From Saccharolobus solfataricus P2 (GTDB lineage Archaea; Thermoproteota; Thermoprotei_A; Sulfolobales; Sulfolobaceae): DNA of 64,000 nt. This document shows, piece by piece, positions 8,061-18,927 of the stretch; the first letter of the stretch is position 1, and the number at the start of each line of letters is the position of its first letter. Under the pieces are notes generated by a model. That model was not told where the DNA came from. It made no database searches and saw only the letters and a program-made list of their open reading frames with translations. The translations under genes were made by a program, and so were the position numbers. Location: assembly GCF_000007005.1 (NCBI RefSeq), contig NC_002754.1; one strand, given 5' to 3'.

Positions 8061-8384
8061 TCAAGATTCCCATAAAATCGTCATCAACCTTACATTATAG
8101 TTAATAAACTTAGGTAATATGCCAAAATAATATATCAACGTAGGTATTAGCTCGTAAATATAATAATGAAAAGTAACGGATGATGTTACAATTAAGTAAG
8201 CTGGCAAAACTAAATAGAGTAAAATATGCCCGTTAAGGTAGAATGCATAGGGGAAAATTATTGATAAGAATAACATCGCGTTCTCTAAACCCTTAGCTTC
8301 TTGCGCGTAAAGTAAAAATGAAGAAGCTAGTAATGCTATTATCGAAATAGAATAAACATTGTAGATATTCACTCCATGAGCCAA
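8061..8384 (-). pseudogene. Fragment of a decayed polytopic membrane protein gene
   Basis: Hydrophobic 107-aa ORF flanked by stop-interrupted coding-like sequence (~7700..8800). Confidence 0.35.
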
Positions 8385-9080
8385 AAACCTCCAGAGATAA
8401 ATAGAAAAATGAGAGAGACAATAGCTAGAAATTGAGGCAAGTATCTACTGTATTCAGTCTCCCTTCTTATCATTACTTAAGCTCAGCATTATTTCCACTA
8501 ATTGCTTTCCCTTTTCATTGAGGTTATAATATTCTTCTTCTTTTAATATTAATGGCTCAAGAATTTTTAGATGATAATTTAATCATATTATTGAGCAACG
8601 TAGCATAAGGCTCCCTAATCATATGATATGTAAATCCTAAAAATCTAATAAACGTGTCGTTTTATACTGCTTAGTTGATCTGTTGAATATTTTTAAATTA
8701 AATCACCAATATCTTCCTTTCAATTAATCTCATGATGTTCAATTTCTGTTTATGAATCCTCTTAACTCTTGGCGAAAATTCAATAAATCCATAAAGCAGT
8801 TTTATACTTAAAGCGCAATCACAGTAGAACTATAGTTATAAGTTCGCTATTGCTTTGTCGAACTCTCAAACTTTCTTAAGTATAAGATTCAATTTTTCTT
8901 AAAGCCAAACGCCGAATTAGGAGTAAGTAAACGGAAGTCAGAAAGAGTTATACTTGCTTATAGTCTGAAGGACAACAACATTTCTGAAACTATACAAGAC
9001 CTTTCCGTATGATAGGAATAGAGTCTTGCCCTTTAAAGTCTCAGAAAGTATAAAAGTGTGTTTTATAATGTTTATTAATA

Positions 9081-9446
9081 ATGAGTATAAGTACTAGTGC
9101 AGAAGTATATTACGAGGAGGCTGAGGAGTTTTTATCTAAGGGTGATCTTGTTCAAGCTTGCGAGAAGTATTATAAGGCTGCTGAGGAAGCTATAAAACTT
9201 CTCGTTATAGAAAATAACCTAAAAGAAATAACAAATAACGTTAAGAACAAAGGAAGATGGAAAAGCGAAAACTTGTTTAAAGCTTCCAAATTGTTACGAA
9301 GTAATAACACTGAAATACCAATTCTATGGAAAAGTGCATGGACTCTTCATGTGGAAGGATTCCACGAGCTTAGTTTAAACGAGAAGGAAGTTAAAAAACT
9401 TAAGGAAGATGTTAGAAAACTGGTCATATTTGCAGTTAATAGTTAA
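9081..9446 (+). CDS. PaREP1 family protein
   Basis: AEEFLSKGDLVQACEKYYKAAEEAIK...LHVEGFHE signature. Confidence 0.9.
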   Translation: MSISTSAEVYYEEAEEFLSKGDLVQACEKYYKAAEEAIKLLVIENNLKEITNNVKNKGRWKSENLFKASKLLRSNNTEIPILWKSAWTLHVEGFHELSLNEKEVKKLKEDVRKLVIFAVNS

Positions 9447-9563
9447 GGATTTTACTCTCAATTAAAGAGACCATTGAAGTTTAATTAGCGTTCCATATAA
9501 TTTATAGTAAATTAATAATATTACTATCACCATTTGAAAGATGAAGTATGAGTTTCTAAGGGC

Positions 9564-9717
9564 CATTCAAGTTTTCATTGCAAATTCATTATATTTCAAA
9601 AACTATGACGAATTTAATTGGGTGATAACGGTTTATAAAGGGAATACAAGCTTAATCGTGTTAATACTTTTATATTTATATTATTCATAAATTGAAATCG
9701 TAATGGATCCGTGAATC
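9564..9717. mobile_element. Degenerate ~155-bp MITE (SM-type)
   Basis: Ends CATTCAAGTTTTCATTGCAAATTC and AAATCGTAATGGATCCGTGAATC match the 29172..29326 element. Confidence 0.55.
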
Positions 9718-9906
9718 ACCTCAGCATTTTGTAACATCAGATTAATACCACGTTAGTATTTTTAGTTTATCTCAAGATAAAAGAAATTCCCGTACTGAAG
9801 TGGACTAAGCTTAAACTAAGTTACAATGGAAAGGTTGGGAATTGCCTTGTTAAGAACGTCACTCGCATAATCCGTTATGTCTCTAAACACACATTATATA
9901 ATGTAA

Positions 9907-11070
9907 TTATATAAAGGATAAAGATATTTTAAGTCTGTTGGATACAGATTGACCCGCCATACTCAAGATAAACTCAAAGATGAAACGATAAAAGGGAGCA
10001 TTGTTCATAAGCTCTAGAATTCTATTGTCCTTAATATTGGCGTAAGCTATTCCTAGTGAACTAGAGATTTCATCTAAATAGAATAAGTAGTTACTTTCTG
10101 CGGTAATTTCATTTATTATATTAAATAGAATATCCGGTTTGTCTACTGACTCCAAGAAAATGATCCCGACGTTAATTTTCACGTCACCTTTTAACTTCTG
10201 AAAGGCTTCCAAAGCAATGTCTAAGTATCTTTCCTTGTTAGTGTAGATATAAGCTGTATTAGCGGAAAGAGCGCGCATCATACTATTTGTGGTCTTATCT
10301 CCATGTTTAATCCTCTCTATACTATCAATTAACTTGTCAACCTCGTCAATTTCATTGAAGATGGAGTGATAGCTCACTAACGAGTGAGCGGAGAAATAGA
10401 ATTCATAGTCATATTTCTTTAAGCCTTCCCTTAAACTCTCCACGAACTTCTCGCTTTCTTTAATTCTTCCTAGACCTCTTAATGCCACTGCCAAAGTATA
10501 ATTATTTAGAATTTTCTCCGTTTTTTCTCTTTTTACTCTTTCATTAAGCATAAGAGCGTCTTCAACCAATTCTGACCTGGCCGGTTCCTTATCAAACCTA
10601 ATTGCTATACTCCTTAGAAATTCAGAAATATTGGATTCAGTATTATAAGATGGATTATCTCTTAACAATCTCATGAAATACTCCATAGGATCATAATCCT
10701 CTAATAGGTGAGAACATTCTGCGATTACCCCCATTAAAGCTAACTTGGAATACGTAGGCTTCCTTCCACTGAGGCATTCGAGAAGAATAAGCGTATTAGA
10801 AACTAAAACCTTATCCTCAACAATTCTCTTATTTTTCTGAAGTATTATAGACATAGTATCCTTGTCTCCCATTATTAGGTAAACTTCAGCTAGTTTAACT
10901 AAGTGATCAGCAGAATGATCTCTCCTCTTTAAGATCTTATAGTACTCGTCCAGCTCATCTTTAGTTAGAATATTTTCCGAAGCTCTGTATAGATAATAAT
11001 AAATCTCGGCAAATCTCCTTTCATAGGCACTTAGACCCCTTGTGAGTTCCTCAACTTCTTTGAAGTCCAT
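9907..11070 (-). CDS. Hypothetical all-helical (TPR-like) protein
   Basis: 387-aa ORF with helical periodicity. A partial near-identical copy lies at 33..271. Confidence 0.75.
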   Translation of the reverse strand: MDFKEVEELTRGLSAYERRFAEIYYYLYRASENILTKDELDEYYKILKRRDHSADHLVKLAEVYLIMGDKDTMSIILQKNKRIVEDKVLVSNTLILLECLSGRKPTYSKLALMGVIAECSHLLEDYDPMEYFMRLLRDNPSYNTESNISEFLRSIAIRFDKEPARSELVEDALMLNERVKREKTEKILNNYTLAVALRGLGRIKESEKFVESLREGLKKYDYEFYFSAHSLVSYHSIFNEIDEVDKLIDSIERIKHGDKTTNSMMRALSANTAYIYTNKERYLDIALEAFQKLKGDVKINVGIIFLESVDKPDILFNIINEITAESNYLFYLDEISSSLGIAYANIKDNRILELMNNAPFYRFIFEFILSMAGQSVSNRLKISLSFI

Positions 11071-11285
11071 TAATATTCAGTAAGTCCATTAGGAAAAATA
11101 GTTTACAGTATATTTTAGACAAATCTTAACTAATTAGATCTTGGAAAACTCTTTACAATAGTCTGAGTATTTTTCTTAATAGTCTTTTCCTTAGTAAACA
11201 TGAAGTCGATTAGAAGTGGACTAAGGGTGATTCAAGCTTCCTTTGCAGATTGTAATATCTTGTCTAAATATGGCTGACTCCTTAT

Positions 11286-11979
11286 GTGAACTACCCTGCC
11301 CTAACCGGTAGACCCAAAATCGTATTATTAAAAACAATTGCTTTCTGTTTATAACTAATGATCATGCATTATACGATTATTTTATTTAATTATATCAAAA
11401 TTTATGGGAAAAATCCAGCTCTATAGTAATATTTTTTATGATTGTTTACCTAAAAAGTGTAAAATTGGTGAAATGCCCCTGGTTATTGGGTATGAACATG
11501 TATCAAAAATAACATTAGATTCAAAGAAATTTCATTTTATTTATATTGTTAGATGGGTATAATTGTATTTTAGGTTATTAATGATAAGTACAATGGGATA
11601 TGTTTTCTTATATTTGAAGAAACAATATGATAATCTTAGCTGAATTTATATTTGTAAGACTATTTTGGGTCTACCGTAACGGACAAGGCTTCCTGCTTCA
11701 CAACCCCACCTTGCCAGCGGTAGAGGGCGGAGCTCCACACTAAGGGTCGTTCCGACCCCGAACGAAACTCATTAACCATGACACTGTTACCGCCTTTGGG
11801 GCTACTGTCTGGAGCAGAGGCGTACCTCATTGACCCTCGCTTTAACCAAGGCGTCTCGGTGACGCTCACTCCATTGGTAACTATCATTAAGAAATTTATG
11901 ATTAGATTAGTTAAAAAACTTTTATATAAGGGGCTATCCATCCCTCACAGAAGGGGACTTTCGCCCCCTTAACCCCCGT
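11286..11979 (-). mobile_element. SMN1-like non-autonomous IS200/IS605 element (~320 bp net) interrupted by a MITE
   Basis: Left-end hairpin GGGGCGAAAGTCCCC and a tnpB 3'/omegaRNA segment matching ISC1316 (GTGGAGCTCCGCCCTCTACC...GAAGCAGGAAGC). It ends in GGGTAGTTCAC at 11286. Confidence 0.75.
11306..11676. mobile_element. 371-bp ISH3-type MITE with 4-bp TSD
   Basis: TIR CGGTAGACCCAAAAT at both ends. TAAC is duplicated at 11302..11305 and 11677..11680. Confidence 0.8.
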
Positions 11980-12231
11980 TAAGATAAAACATATTAGTCA
12001 GATCTATGCGATATAGATCTGACTGGGGTTGAGACCGTTGACTCCTTTGGGCTTAGAGCTCGAGAGAGTGTCTAAGCGCAAATAATTGAATAAATATATG
12101 TTCAGTTTTATAAATAATTATTCAGAAGAGAAGATAAAACAGTGCAAAGTGTTAAATTTTCTCTTGAAGTAAAACTAGGAAGTAATACTTAAGGGAGACC
12201 GGGACGATATAATACCGAGACACATGAAACC

Positions 12232-12653
12232 ATGGATAAAGTACTACACCGGCCCGTCCCCTATGAAAACTTAGCTTCAAGACATAAAACTCTTGTGAAA
12301 ATAAACTACCTACTAATCACGCCAACTATCCTCTTACGCCTCCCCAATCTCTACGTACTAAAAGCGTTAATAGTAATGGTAGTATGGACTTGTTCATACA
12401 GGGACGTGGGAGCTATTATCAGACAGACGTAGTAGTAAGGTGGTTTCTAGGAGAACGCAAGTCAAAGTCCGAAATTCATAGGAAGGCAAAGAAACTTAAG
12501 GGAGAGTTCCTGTTCAAGGAGTACGCAAAGGAACTGGAGAAGAAGATGAGCACACTAACTGATTACTTACCAGGTAGCGCATTGTATGGTAAGGTGGGGA
12601 AGCTGTGGACTGTTGACTCTTTACTGAATCAGGGGTTAATAAGGATAGTGTAG
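12232..12653 (+). pseudogene. Degenerate coding fragments, possibly transposase-derived
   Basis: Two short overlapping ORFs with higher GC than their flanks. Family not confidently recognised. Confidence 0.25.
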
Positions 12654-12807
12654 GGTATACCAAAAATTCTGTTTTTCTCCATACTTGAATATTTTCTATT
12701 ATAATATAAAATTAATCTTTCGTTGTATTGAAAAATATAATTATATTTCTCTTCTATTATTATTATTCAATTATTTCCGTCTGAGACACCATCTTAAGTA
12801 TTTTTAT

Positions 12808-13950
12808 CTAGCTTTTTAGAAAAAATGACAATAAACCAGCTATGAGCTCAATTATAACCACTATTATGACTCCCTCAATTATAGTCGAATTATTACTAAA
12901 TAATACCCCAACTGTTTCTGGAATTACTGAGACTCCAACATTTGTTATTACACTATACATGGAAGTGGCGAAACCAGCCTTTGCAGGATCATTAACGTAT
13001 AGAGTTGTTGAAGCCATAGCCATTGACCAATAGGCATTTCCAAAGAACCCAAATAGGAAATACCCTATCGCTATTAGGGGGAAATTAATAGTAAAGGAAA
13101 GGGATAATACTGTTATAACCGCTGAGAGAGATGTAAGCAAACCAACCGATATCAGACCTAACCTTAACCTATTTTCCAGTAGGGATGGCAATATTATAGC
13201 ACCAAGCCCAGAACCTAGGAAACTAAGCCCAGTTAAGAACCCTCCCATACTCACTGCTAATAAAGTAATTATACCATGAATTTGCAAAACTATTGATGCA
13301 ATACTGCCAAGAGTTACTGAGATCGATGCAACAGCCAATCCGACGTACCAATTCTTTACCATTCCTAGATTGAAACTACCTTTAAGAGATCTTTCATAAT
13401 GAGCAGGATAGCTCCTCAAAGATGGGATAATTAAAATCATAGCGATTAAAGCTAAAATCGCATTAAGCATTAATGTTCCTCTTAAGCCTATAAAGGAAAG
13501 TATTGACGGACTGATAAACGAGCCTAGAGCCATTCCAATAAATAAAATGCCAACGCTTATACCGACAACAGTATTAGCATTTCCTTTGAAAACTGATTTA
13601 GCAATACTGCCAACTGGAGCTACTGCTAAGGGATAAGCTAATGATGCGATTATGGCGAAAAGAAAGAAGGTTCCAAAGCCATTGGACACTGCCCTACCTA
13701 AAAGTCCTATAAACGATAGGAGAGATGAGAGTAATAAAACACTTCTAGTGGTGAACTTGGCTGATAGAAAACCCGCTAACAAACCTAAAATAGCCATACT
13801 ATACCCGTAAGCTGATATGATAAAAAGGATTGAACTTAAGGGTACATTAAAGGTGTACTCTAGAACAGGTACCAAGGGTGCTAAAGAAAACCATCCAAAG
13901 CCTATGGTGAATATAAGTAACCAATACGGTAAAATCCTTGTTTCCATCAC
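12808..13950 (-). CDS. MFS transporter
   Basis: ~12 hydrophobic segments; GFLSAKFTTRSVLL resembles MFS motif A. Confidence 0.85.
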   Translation of the reverse strand: MMETRILPYWLLIFTIGFGWFSLAPLVPVLEYTFNVPLSSILFIISAYGYSMAILGLLAGFLSAKFTTRSVLLLSSLLSFIGLLGRAVSNGFGTFFLFAIIASLAYPLAVAPVGSIAKSVFKGNANTVVGISVGILFIGMALGSFISPSILSFIGLRGTLMLNAILALIAMILIIPSLRSYPAHYERSLKGSFNLGMVKNWYVGLAVASISVTLGSIASIVLQIHGIITLLAVSMGGFLTGLSFLGSGLGAIILPSLLENRLRLGLISVGLLTSLSAVITVLSLSFTINFPLIAIGYFLFGFFGNAYWSMAMASTTLYVNDPAKAGFATSMYSVITNVGVSVIPETVGVLFSNNSTIIEGVIIVVIIELIAGLLSFFLKS

Positions 13951-14373
13951 CTCAAATATTAGGAGTAAGTAAAAAAGCCTTACTATTATTATGTAGTGAT
14001 CATATGATTTTGACGTAGTTTAAAGATTTTCATCAGTCCCACTATCCCTCCTAAACGCCTTTCAACAAACCTCAATAGCTCCCTGACGTTACTTAGATTA
14101 AGGAAGACCAATAGCTATCTCACTACATTGATGAGCACGATGAAGAAGAGTAAATGACCTACTATATTATGTAGCCGTAGAACTGTGCTCTTAAAAAATT
14201 AAGTATAAGTTAAAGGGAATGGAGATCTTAACTAATTTCACTACTTAGGTTATATAGAGTGAGGGATTTTTGGACATAAAAGCACTGACAGTTTACTACT
14301 GTGTAAGTATTTGTGGTAGATATTCTGCTGAATTCACGTAAAATATTTAATGGTTTCTCGCTAATATTTAGTA

Positions 14374-15183
14374 ATGATAGATTTTCATTTTCATGCTCCA
14401 GTTAAAGAGTTTTTAGATTTTTTGGGAGAATTTGGTGAACCTGCAATTAAATACTTTAATGCAAAGGTGGAAGTTAAAGGCTTAAAGGAGACCTTAGACT
14501 ATTACGAGTCTTTTGGAATAAAAAGATTTGTCGTATTACCAATAGATTCCACAACGTTTTTAGGTAGAAGGATTCCAAACCAAGTTATTAACTTGGATGA
14601 TCGTATCGTGAAATTTATTTCCGTAGACCCATCAAAACCGAACGCTGATGAGGAACTAAAGAGGTCAATAAAGGAATTTGAGCCAGTAGGTGTTAAGCTA
14701 CATCCCCAATTGCAAGGTTTTCATCCATTAGATGAAAGAGCGTTAAAAATTTACGAGATAATTGATAACCACGGACTAATAGTTGTCTTTCATACCGGTA
14801 CATCTGGTATTGGGGCTGGTGTAAAATCCAGTATTAGATTAGACTATGGTAGGCCAATATATTTTGATGAAATAGCAGTGAGGTTTCAAAACATGAAAAT
14901 CATATTAGCTCATTTCGGGTGGCCGTGGACTGAAGAGGCAATTGCGATAGCTTTACACAAACCTAACGTTTATTTAGATCTATCAGGCTGGGCTCCAAGA
15001 TATATTCCACAAGTAATTTGGAGTAATGCGAAAAGACTTAGCGATAAATTATTGTTTGGCTCAGATTTTCCTCTAATTAGGCCGGAACGTTGGTTAGAAG
15101 AGTTTAAGAGTGTAAATTTAAGTCAAGATATCAAGGATAAGATACTGAAACATAACGCCGAAAAACTTGTCAAGAAGAGTTGA
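14374..15183 (+). CDS. Amidohydrolase_2 family metallo-hydrolase
   Basis: IDFHFH, GVKLHP, VFHTG, AHFG and LFGSDFP motifs. Confidence 0.9.
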   Translation: MIDFHFHAPVKEFLDFLGEFGEPAIKYFNAKVEVKGLKETLDYYESFGIKRFVVLPIDSTTFLGRRIPNQVINLDDRIVKFISVDPSKPNADEELKRSIKEFEPVGVKLHPQLQGFHPLDERALKIYEIIDNHGLIVVFHTGTSGIGAGVKSSIRLDYGRPIYFDEIAVRFQNMKIILAHFGWPWTEEAIAIALHKPNVYLDLSGWAPRYIPQVIWSNAKRLSDKLLFGSDFPLIRPERWLEEFKSVNLSQDIKDKILKHNAEKLVKKS

Positions 15184-15244
15184 TTTTCATTTATCTCAAA
15201 ATAAAAATTACTAAAAATGATTTGAGATAAAAAAAAGTAATAAC

Positions 15245-16825
15245 TTAAGCTATTTCTTCTGCTCTTATGTTACTTACTGGTCTCCAGCCAGCGCCATAAG
15301 CTATTGCGGTCCCAATTAGTCCTATGGCTAAATTAATTAGAGTTGATAGTACTCCTATGTACATTGGTCCTAACGGTGTTATGAAGGATGAGGTTTTTAA
15401 TGGTCCGAAGTGATTAGCCAATAACGTTAGATATATCCCGCTGAACATACCTCCCGCCCAACCTCCTACTAACGCATAACCGTTGAGTTTGCTAGTGTAA
15501 AGTCCTAGGAATACTGAAGGCAAGGTTTGTAGAATGATTATACCTCCCAATAATTGCAGCTGTATGGCGTATGTTGAGGGTGTGGCAAATACTAGAGCTA
15601 AAGCCAAAAATTTAAACGCGGTAGATATCCATTTAGCTAAGGCTGATTCAGTACTAGGAGACATATTAGGTTTAAACTCCTTTATTATGTTCCTTGTGAG
15701 TAAATTAGCTGCTCCAATTGCCATTATAGCTGCGGGGACTAATCCCCCTATGAAAATTCCTAACAATGCTATCCCAACAAACCAATCTGGCATTGAATAG
15801 CCTATTAGAGCAGGGACAGCTACTGCACCGGAGTGTGTTTTAGCAATAAAATTAACCACTTTAGAATTAGCGTAGACTAGAATTCCAAACAAGGCTATAA
15901 CAGCTAATATGATAGAATAGAAGGGTTGTAATGCTAGTGATAATTTAAGGGATTTCTTAGAATCTGAACTCACGCTTGCATTAACCGCGTGGGGATATAG
16001 ATAGAGGGCAAATGCGCTCCCGATAGCTAAAGAAATATAAGCAGTTCGCGCAGCTAGGGTGTTAGGTAAATAGTTGTAGAAAATTGGCTTATTAACGTTA
16101 TTTAACGCTAAGTTAATCTGGGAGCTTAACGTTTGGGCATTATGAAATGCACCAGAAAATCCTCCAAAGGCCAGTGGAACGTAGATCGCAATACTTATTA
16201 TTGTACCTAAAATTATGATGTCCTTATATACTGCAGTTAGCGCAGCTCCCCTTAGTCCACTTGTGAATACGAATGCAGCTAAGATTATGAAGGCTACTAA
16301 AAGACTTAAATCACTTGCCAATGTAATGTTACTAACTCCCAATCCTAGCAATAATATGAGTAATGCTACTTGCATACCTACTATTTGTAATGCTATGTAA
16401 GGCAATTCAGCTACTACCCCTGTTATAGCTACAAGCCCTGCTAGAATCCTACTGTTAAATCTATCCTTAATGAAATCCGCTGCTGTAACATACCCTCTGT
16501 TCTTAGCAATTGTCCACAGTCTAGGCATGAAGAGTAGGGCTATGAAGGGCGTGACCGCAGAGTAGAAGGCTGCAAAAAATCCAACTGGACCGCTGGCTAA
16601 GACTAGAGAAGGTACTGCAATAAATGTATATGCAGTATATAGGTCTGCAGTGAGAAGAAACCACATTAAATATGGTCCTAATCTTCTCCCCGCTAAAGCC
16701 CATTCGTGAAGTTTCGATAGATCTCCTCTTCTCCATCTGCTTCCATAAAAGCCTAAAAACACAAAAATTACAAATAAAATTATAAACAGAGCAACTGAAA
16801 CGATAGAAACGTGTAAACCATCCAT
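15245..16825 (-). CDS. Sodium/proton:solute symporter (MctP/YhjB-like monocarboxylate permease)
   Basis: EWALAGRRLG, ADLYTAYTF and TAADFIKDRF motifs; ~13 TM segments. Confidence 0.9.
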   Translation of the reverse strand: MDGLHVSIVSVALFIILFVIFVFLGFYGSRWRRGDLSKLHEWALAGRRLGPYLMWFLLTADLYTAYTFIAVPSLVLASGPVGFFAAFYSAVTPFIALLFMPRLWTIAKNRGYVTAADFIKDRFNSRILAGLVAITGVVAELPYIALQIVGMQVALLILLLGLGVSNITLASDLSLLVAFIILAAFVFTSGLRGAALTAVYKDIIILGTIISIAIYVPLAFGGFSGAFHNAQTLSSQINLALNNVNKPIFYNYLPNTLAARTAYISLAIGSAFALYLYPHAVNASVSSDSKKSLKLSLALQPFYSIILAVIALFGILVYANSKVVNFIAKTHSGAVAVPALIGYSMPDWFVGIALLGIFIGGLVPAAIMAIGAANLLTRNIIKEFKPNMSPSTESALAKWISTAFKFLALALVFATPSTYAIQLQLLGGIIILQTLPSVFLGLYTSKLNGYALVGGWAGGMFSGIYLTLLANHFGPLKTSSFITPLGPMYIGVLSTLINLAIGLIGTAIAYGAGWRPVSNIRAEEIA

Positions 16826-16829
16826 GTTC

Positions 16830-17021
16830 TCAATCCCTTATAACCATTACAATTGCTGTGAATACGAGAGCACCTATTGGCATTAGAATTATTTGATACC
16901 AGTAAAATAGTGGCAGTCCCAGTAACGTTGGATCGTTTTTTGAATAGAGTGGTAGTAGAGAGTATAATAGTATGAAGATTAAAGCAAAAATCCCAACTAT
17001 TACATAAAACTTTCCTGCCAT
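16830..17021 (-). CDS. DUF3311 small membrane partner of the SSS transporter
   Basis: PTLLGLPLFYWYQ motif. Lies immediately upstream of the symporter. Confidence 0.85.
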   Translation of the reverse strand: MAGKFYVIVGIFALIFILLYSLLPLYSKNDPTLLGLPLFYWYQIILMPIGALVFTAIVMVIRD

Positions 17022-17145
17022 TTATGTAATAATGTTAATATCACCTTTTAAACTTTACTTTATTAAATAGTTAAAATGTTAATTTTAAACTTCTAATGTA
17101 ATATCTAGAATATAGTAGATTAATTCATAACATATACGGGTAGGA

Positions 17146-17457
17146 TTAAAACACGTCACCGATGATTTTAAAGTACTCCTTCACGGTCTCCTTTCCTTTA
17201 TCAGTTATTCTCACGAAAGTCCTTACGCCATTTACTGTAAAGCCCTTTTTAGACACTGCTAAACCCTCTTCTTCTAAGATTTGCAAATGCATTGTTAAGG
17301 AGCTTTTAGGAATTCGAGAGTACTCCAATAACTCAGAGAACGTCATTTGACCGAAGGTATATAAGGCTATTAAGATAGCTAACCTAACTGAATTATTCAA
17401 CGCTCTATTGTTTAGGAATTGAATTAGCTCCTTGATCCTCTCCTCTTCGTTACTCAA
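17146..17457 (-). CDS. Winged-helix (MarR/ArsR-like) transcriptional regulator
   Basis: VRLAIL...MTFSEL...SSLTMHLQILEEEGL...ITDKG pattern. Confidence 0.85.
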   Translation of the reverse strand: MSNEEERIKELIQFLNNRALNNSVRLAILIALYTFGQMTFSELLEYSRIPKSSLTMHLQILEEEGLAVSKKGFTVNGVRTFVRITDKGKETVKEYFKIIGDVF

Positions 17458-18055
17458 TAGTAGACACCTCTAATAAAGAATTAATAGAAGCGTAGAACCA
17501 AGCTATTATGAAAATTAAGTAAAATACTTGCGATATAACCTCTAATGGGGCTACTAAAATAGAAAAAACCGCTATAATATCGTAGTATCTAGGATCCACA
17601 AACCTATATTTAGAATAAAGGAAACGATATAATGAATATGCGAGAAATATTGCGTATATATAAAATGATAATACAAAATATACTATACTTAGACCAAATT
17701 GTGAAACCAAAATAAACGATATGAATAACGCCAATGTAATCAGAATCCATATTACGTAATTAAATTTCGTGATGATATAACCTCTACTGCCAATAAGCCT
17801 TAAGTAGTCAGTTCTGATGTCTCTAAAGAGCTTTACTGTAAAATAGACAAAAGGTATTAATATAATAAAGGGTATAAGCCCGTATAGAAAAGCTATATTG
17901 ATTTTTAAAGAATCTAAAACTGTATAGATAGAAGCTAAAATCAGACCATAAAATCCCCAAACCGCGTAATATATACCTAGTACCTTTCTAGACTTCCTCT
18001 TAATTAAGACTCTAGCAAAGTCATTAGCGTCTTTGATTAAGTCCTTGTAACTCAT
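17450..18055 (-). CDS. Multi-TM membrane protein
   Basis: ~6 TM segments; translationally coupled to its neighbours. Confidence 0.75.
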   Translation of the reverse strand: MSYKDLIKDANDFARVLIKRKSRKVLGIYYAVWGFYGLILASIYTVLDSLKINIAFLYGLIPFIILIPFVYFTVKLFRDIRTDYLRLIGSRGYIITKFNYVIWILITLALFISFILVSQFGLSIVYFVLSFYIYAIFLAYSLYRFLYSKYRFVDPRYYDIIAVFSILVAPLEVISQVFYLIFIIAWFYASINSLLEVSTIE

Positions 18056-18829
18056 TTACATTACACCATAAATTCGATCTATGCTACCTAAATTGGTCAA
18101 TCTAGCCCCAATTTGAGCATTTTTAACAAATGATAACGTCTTTCCTTCTTGAATCTCTATGGTAAGTATAGAGTTTTCCACATCACCCTCTACTACACTA
18201 GCTTCAATAAGGTCTGTAACCGGTATAGGACCATAAATTTTTCCATTTATCAATATATAAGAGTCCCAATCCTTAAATTCCTTTAGTAGATCTAACTCAT
18301 GCGTAGTCACAAAACCTTCTTCGAAATACTCCTTTAACCATCTTGCTATGATTAGCCTTCTCGCGGGATCTAGATTTTCAAATGGCTCATCTATTAATGC
18401 AACCTTTGGATTTGTAGATAATGCTAAAGCTAGTCTCACTATCGACGATTGACCAGCTGAAAGCTTGTATAAAGGTTTGTTTATGACTTGATCGAAAAGT
18501 CTAGCCTCCTCCAGCAATCTCCTAAACATATCACCGTCTAAATTCTTTATCTCTTCAAATATATATACAATATCTTTAACCTTTCTACCTATGCTATAAA
18601 CTTCTACTAGGTTAGTGGAGAGACCTAAATAATTCCTTATTTTTCTCACTTCCATTCCATTAACGTAAATGTAGCCTTTGTAAGGCATTAATCCGCATGT
18701 AGCCTTTATGATAGTAGTTTTCCCTGAACCATTGGGTCCTAATACAATTCCCTTTCTATTAATAGTCATATTAATCCCTTGGAATACTACGCTCTCAAAC
18801 TTTACCGTGAAATCTCTATATTCTAGCAT
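18056..18829 (-). CDS. ABC transporter ATP-binding protein
   Basis: GPNGSGKTT, LSAGQ, LIDEP and TTHE motifs. Confidence 0.92.
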   Translation of the reverse strand: MLEYRDFTVKFESVVFQGINMTINRKGIVLGPNGSGKTTIIKATCGLMPYKGYIYVNGMEVRKIRNYLGLSTNLVEVYSIGRKVKDIVYIFEEIKNLDGDMFRRLLEEARLFDQVINKPLYKLSAGQSSIVRLALALSTNPKVALIDEPFENLDPARRLIIARWLKEYFEEGFVTTHELDLLKEFKDWDSYILINGKIYGPIPVTDLIEASVVEGDVENSILTIEIQEGKTLSFVKNAQIGARLTNLGSIDRIYGVM

Positions 18830-18927
18830 TATTCTATTTTTACATCTGGATATTAAAAGTCCTCAAGGTAGTTCAGAAATTGAACTATCATTTGAATTTA
18901 TAGTATCTTCTTTACTAATTAGAAGTC

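Noticed and set aside
11660-11972. ORFs 11660..11941 and 11778..11972 as real genes
   Set aside because: They are read-throughs of the non-autonomous IS605 derivative joining left-end and tnpB-tail sequence.
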